From Antedon mediterranea (Eukaryota > Animalia > Echinodermata), in contig NC_092677.1 in assembly GCF_964355755.1 (NCBI RefSeq), positions 6,718,101-6,782,100 on the forward strand: a stretch of DNA of 64,000 nucleotides, read 5' to 3'. The position numbers and the translations under genes were made by a program. Under the pieces are notes generated by a model that worked only from the letters and a program-made list of their open reading frames with translations, was not told the origin of the DNA and searched no databases. The first letter of the stretch is position 1. Each line of letters starts with the position of its first letter. Below, in pieces: positions 59,590 through 64,000 of the stretch.

Positions 59590-60425
59590 TCATTCATGTG
59601 TTACACGTTCAATTGCTACGTAAAAATTGTTAACATCCTTAGGATCATACCAGCCTATTGGTCCAACTTCACAGTCTGCGCATATAAGATATTTTACATT
59701 GTCGACTACATTGGTAAATCCTATATTTTCAAATGTGTACATTCCCTCGATTCGCCAATGATCAGATAAAGTCTCTCCGTCACCAGGGGCTTGGTTTGGT
59801 TTCTTATGTTTCATATATGGTAAGAAGATCTAATAAAAATATATTTGACAAGGAATTGAAAAAAAAATGCTTTATAAAATTTAAATAAAATTTGAAAACA
59901 AATCTTGAATATTTCAATCAATGTCCCACATTTAAAAGTGCTAAAAGTTGGACTAGGTCCTAACCTAGGCCAGCCTAGCTAGCTAGGCTTAGTAGGCCTA
60001 GCTACTGTCTAGAGATAGGCCTAGGCCTAGAGGCCCCCCTGGCCCCTAGGCCCTAGTTAGGCCTAAAAGTAAATTTTTTAATAAAATTATAAAATACTCA
60101 CCTCTTTTTTTTCGTATGTTGCGTTTTCTGGCCTTAACACAATACTTCCACAACGTAAACATTTTAAAGATTTGCAGTTTTTATCATCAATTAAAAGACT
60201 TTTAATATCTAGGCCTCCAGTTGCTGCAGTCGCACCCACGTCTGTGTTGTCTCCTCCCCCTTCAGCAACAGTAGCTGTTGAGCTTGCATTGGTGTCGTCG
60301 GGGCTAGCTTTGTTTGGTTCAGTAGAATCGCTTCCATTTTCTTGGTGAACATTAGCTTGAGATGCTTTTGGTGGTAAATCTTCCGCTTGAGCTGCTAATT
60401 CTTGTTTTGGGTTGATTTCTGCCAT
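59590..60425 (-). CDS. RABIF: RAB-interacting factor / guanine nucleotide exchange factor MSS4; exons 60425-60102 and 59829-59590; 187 aa
   Basis: Zn ligands CLRC and CADC; motifs FENIGFT, KYLICADCEVGPIGW, FYVAIERVTHE; phase-0 intron GAG|gtgagt...ttattag|ATC. Confidence 0.95.
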
Positions 60426-61023
60426 TTATGAACTAAAAATATTGGGTTTGGTTAGTGTCGAATGAAAATATCGATCATGCCGCCGCCCTCTCTTGATAGA
60501 AATTGATGTGTAGGAGGCTACGTAGGCTACTTATAACCACCGATATGCACCAAACTCCCTGCACAAACTATTAGGCTAATAGCCAAAAAAAAAACTGAAT
60601 TGAATTACGTGCAACGTTTAGGCCTTCGTACTTTTAATTCTCTAAATAATCTTTACTTTGAAAAAAAAAAATTAAGTAATAAATTAATGATGGTTATAAA
60701 TTAAAAAAAACCAACCAATATTCAATAAATTAAGGTGTAAGTATCCCTATAATTAAGTAATAATAATACTGATGACTATAAAGAAAAATAAAATCAAGAT
60801 AACAAAATATTAAAAATTGAAGATCATTTGAATGAACTTAAATTTCAAACACTGAAAAACTTTCAGTCGGAGTGGTGCAACTAACATGATTTCAACTTTA
60901 GAACATGAGTCACCAATCAGGCAGGAACTCAGCCTTCGAAATGCAACCGTTTTGGAGAATTAGACAACAAGACAACAACAGTATAATTGATATCATGTTT
61001 TAGTGCTTGACTTTATAATAATT
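60426..61023. promoter_or_regulatory. Probable bidirectional promoter between RABIF and the CUB-TM gene
   Basis: Divergent ATGs about 600 bp apart; GC-rich GCCGCCGCC near 60478; CCAAT near 60913. Confidence 0.5.
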
Positions 61024-62757
61024 ATGCCGAAGCTAGGAGTTTTACTGACTTTTATGTTGTCTGCTCGTATATCATCTACCGCTAAAACAAGTAAGATTTC
61101 GGTGACATTTACAATCTCACATATATAGGCCTAGTATTTCAGACTATAGGAAATAACAAATTTCTACAATCTATTGTATATTCATTAACATTGGATTTAG
61201 TAATTGGACGATTCCATATTTAATGTCAGTGAACAGCTTCAAGGAAGAACTGTGTCATAATCTTGGTGAGATTTTATTATAGTAAACACTATACAGTACG
61301 AGTCAAATCAAAGTTTGTTCATGATCAATAGTCGTGTTAACTTGAGCTCTTGGGTTTAGCCAGTGAGGGCTGCTCACAGCCATTACGTCATATCACTGTC
61401 ACTGGGGTGACATGATTCATCTATTTGGGAGTGATATACTGTATTATAGACATAAACATAAGCTTGTTCTCATGAGCCATATCCATACCAGAATCGGTTC
61501 ATCATTCACTTTTTTCTGGTATAACCTTCATATACAGTACCACGACAGTGTGCATGGGGCCAACCAAATAACAGCACATTATGTATGTACTGTAGGCCCT
61601 ATACTGATAGTTATGTGATACTCTGACTGCACAATGTTGCAACAAACCGCAAAACGTTACTGCAAGATGGTGAAATATAAGTCAAGCAATATACCATGTA
61701 ATATTATTACCAGGTAACCGTTTTGTCCACATTAGTAAACCATACCGGGACCTAAAATTGGTTGTGAATCCATTTAGACCTAACTACCTAAAATAATTGT
61801 TTCAATTTCAGTTGAAATAGGTCCGAACAAGGAACAACTTTGCGGGCAAACAATCAGTCTCGATGAGGGTTGGCTTATCTCATCTTTTTCTCAACTGCGG
61901 GATTTAAAAATCAACTGTATCGTTACCATTTTGGCACAGCCAGACTACCTTTTCCAGCTAGATTTCATCGCATACAAACTTCCCGCCGAAACTCCACATT
62001 TATGCGATAACATTCATTTAAATATTTACGACGGTCCAACAGTAAGCAGCCTACAACTTCAGCCTTTACCATCTTGTACTGAAGGAAAGCCCACATCATT
62101 GCCTGCTCCAGTAGTCACTTCTGGAAACTCATTTACTTTTAGCCTAAGGTACGATGGACAGGTTAGGTCTCAAGAACCGATAGACGTGCAGATACACTTT
62201 TCTTCATGGAAAAAGAACATAAAAGTAAAAGGTAAAATATAAAATTGTGTACACTGTAAATAACATTTTTTGTAGTATTGTTTATTCAATTATAAATTCC
62301 ATTTTCTACAGATCTGCCTAAACCAACAGGACATGCGCACAAAATCGCATTCATTGTGCTTGAAACCATAACTGGACTATCAATTACTGCCGTAATACTC
62401 GTTGGAATTGTCATCTTTCTCTGTCGTAATTGTCGTCCAAAACCAGAGTACGAACCACCTCTGGTTGCTCGTGAGATCTCATCGCCGACACACGGTGGTC
62501 ATAGCTACTTCTCAAACACCGACAACCAAGTTCTACTTCGAGGACCACCGCCCCCCACTGGAAGAGCTCCACCAGCGCCACATGATCAACACCACCATGG
62601 ACATTCATTACCACCGCCTCATCGTGTTCAGTCCTTTTATCCTAGTAGTGCATTGCATCCATCATTAACAAGGGTTAAAGTTCTGCCAGTTCCTAGACAA
62701 GCACATGGAACTGTTGCATATGACATTGGAAATGAACTGGTTTACATGAACCGTTAG
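61024..62757 (+). CDS. Single-pass membrane protein with signal peptide, one CUB-like domain, TM helix and Pro/His-rich tail; exons 61024-61090, 61812-62231, 62312-62757; about 310 aa
   Basis: Signal-like MPKLGVLLTFMLSA; phase 1-1 exon with CUB pattern CGQTI...NCIVTI...LDF...CDN...IYDG...TSGNS; TM IAFIVL...VGIVIFLC; GT-AG sites in frame. Confidence 0.82.
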
Positions 62758-62894
62758 GTGTTCCCATTAGCATTCCACATTAACGTGATAACATGGCGTT
62801 ATCCTGTTAACGTTATAACTTTATAATAGGCCTAATGTTTTGTTACAGTATCTCGCTAACATTTCATTTGTTAATAATAATAATAATATCCTGG

Positions 62895-63168
62895 ATTTAT
62901 ATAGCGCCTAATGTTGTGAAACCTCTAAGCACTGAACATTATTACTGCAGTCATTTTTTTTGGATCAAACACGTATGGAAACATACTCCCATAATGCAGC
63001 TAGTAATCAGCGCAAAGTTGTGTCTTGATCTAACCAGGTTCCCATTTATACACCTGAAGGAGAGAGGCAAACGTAAGTAAAGTATCTTGCCTAAAGATAC
63101 AAGCAATGCAGCAAGAGTTGTATTCGAACCTCAGTAGTCAAACGTCCAACACAATGCGCCACACGCTC
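62895..63168 (-). mobile_element. CORE-type (MIR-like) SINE
   Basis: B-box (TTCGAACC on +), core-like CCCATTTATACACC...GTAAAGTATCTTGCC, tail ATTTATATAGCGC. Confidence 0.65.
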
Positions 63169-64000
63169 TTACATTTGTTCCAGTAAATGTTATATTATTC
63201 AATTAAATTTACGTGATAATATAACTTAAAAAGGTATAACGCTACATTATCACATTAATGTTTCATTGTCTTGTTAAAGAATATCACACAATGGAGGAAT
63301 TAACCACGATTACACTTCAGTTAATTTTTCATTTCATTTATTTGTTAGACTTTATGTCCTGGGACCCCAAAACAACATAGTCACCATAGCATGATATGTA
63401 TGGGGCCCAGGACGAACTTAGCTACATCACTTACAGTACAAAATACATTTAAAAGTTTAAAAACATACAAAAGTGGAAAAAAGAAAAAGAAAGCACACAG
63501 AATTCAAATTAATAATCAGTAAAATTAAAAATTGTAACTGCCTGAGGAAAACAGAAAGAGAAGAGAGGACAGACGAGTCTTTAAGAGAGGAAGCAAGAAG
63601 ACCAAAGAACAGAGAAACGATGGATAGGCTAATATTCCGGTAATGTTTCAGTTAATGTTACCATTACTACAGTACCGAAGTTAGTTATCTCAATAGCATC
63701 TACACTTATCTTGTCTATAAAACACTATCTTAATATTAACGCATGAAACCATACGATGAAACACCGAGAAAGATAGAATGATATTCTTAACTTTGTTTTC
63801 CATTTGGAGAAACATGGTGTACTGTGGCGTACTTCAAACCAACTTTGCTAGTGTTTATTTCCCATGCAAAGCTTAAAAAAAAACATTATATAAACAAAAA
63901 TTCAGTTATAGCTCCCTCTATGAAGGAATGTGCTGAAATTCATTAGAACTTTTTCTTCCAAACAACGCACACTATTTTGTAGGCCTACAAGGTAATATTT

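Overview
AT-rich animal genomic DNA; the gene content and SINE types suggest an invertebrate deuterostome such as an echinoderm (inference). It holds three protein-coding genes. (1) A complete Piezo mechanosensitive channel gene on + (ATG 4465 to TAA 52609). I traced it by hand through 49 phase-consistent GT-AG exons, giving about 7266 nt or 2421 aa. (2) A two-exon RABIF/MSS4 gene on -. (3) A three-exon signal peptide-CUB-TM-proline-rich-tail gene on +, head-to-head with RABIF. The main finding is a pair of duplicated, diverged 164-nt exons in Piezo (25365-25528 and 27190-27353, both phase 0 to 2). They must be mutually exclusive and swap a two-helix transmembrane segment just upstream of the beam. 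Several in-frame candidate cassette microexons with clustered GCATG motifs also sit in cytoplasmic loops. The introns contain a 5S-derived SINE, Deu/Nin-type and CORE-type SINEs, Harbinger-type MITEs, a TTAA-flanked DNA element, two non-autonomous Helitrons, LINE relics and several satellites. One satellite arose from a MITE end; another is a hairpin-built foldback array fused to a Helitron end. All coordinates are manual readings; no database searches were run.
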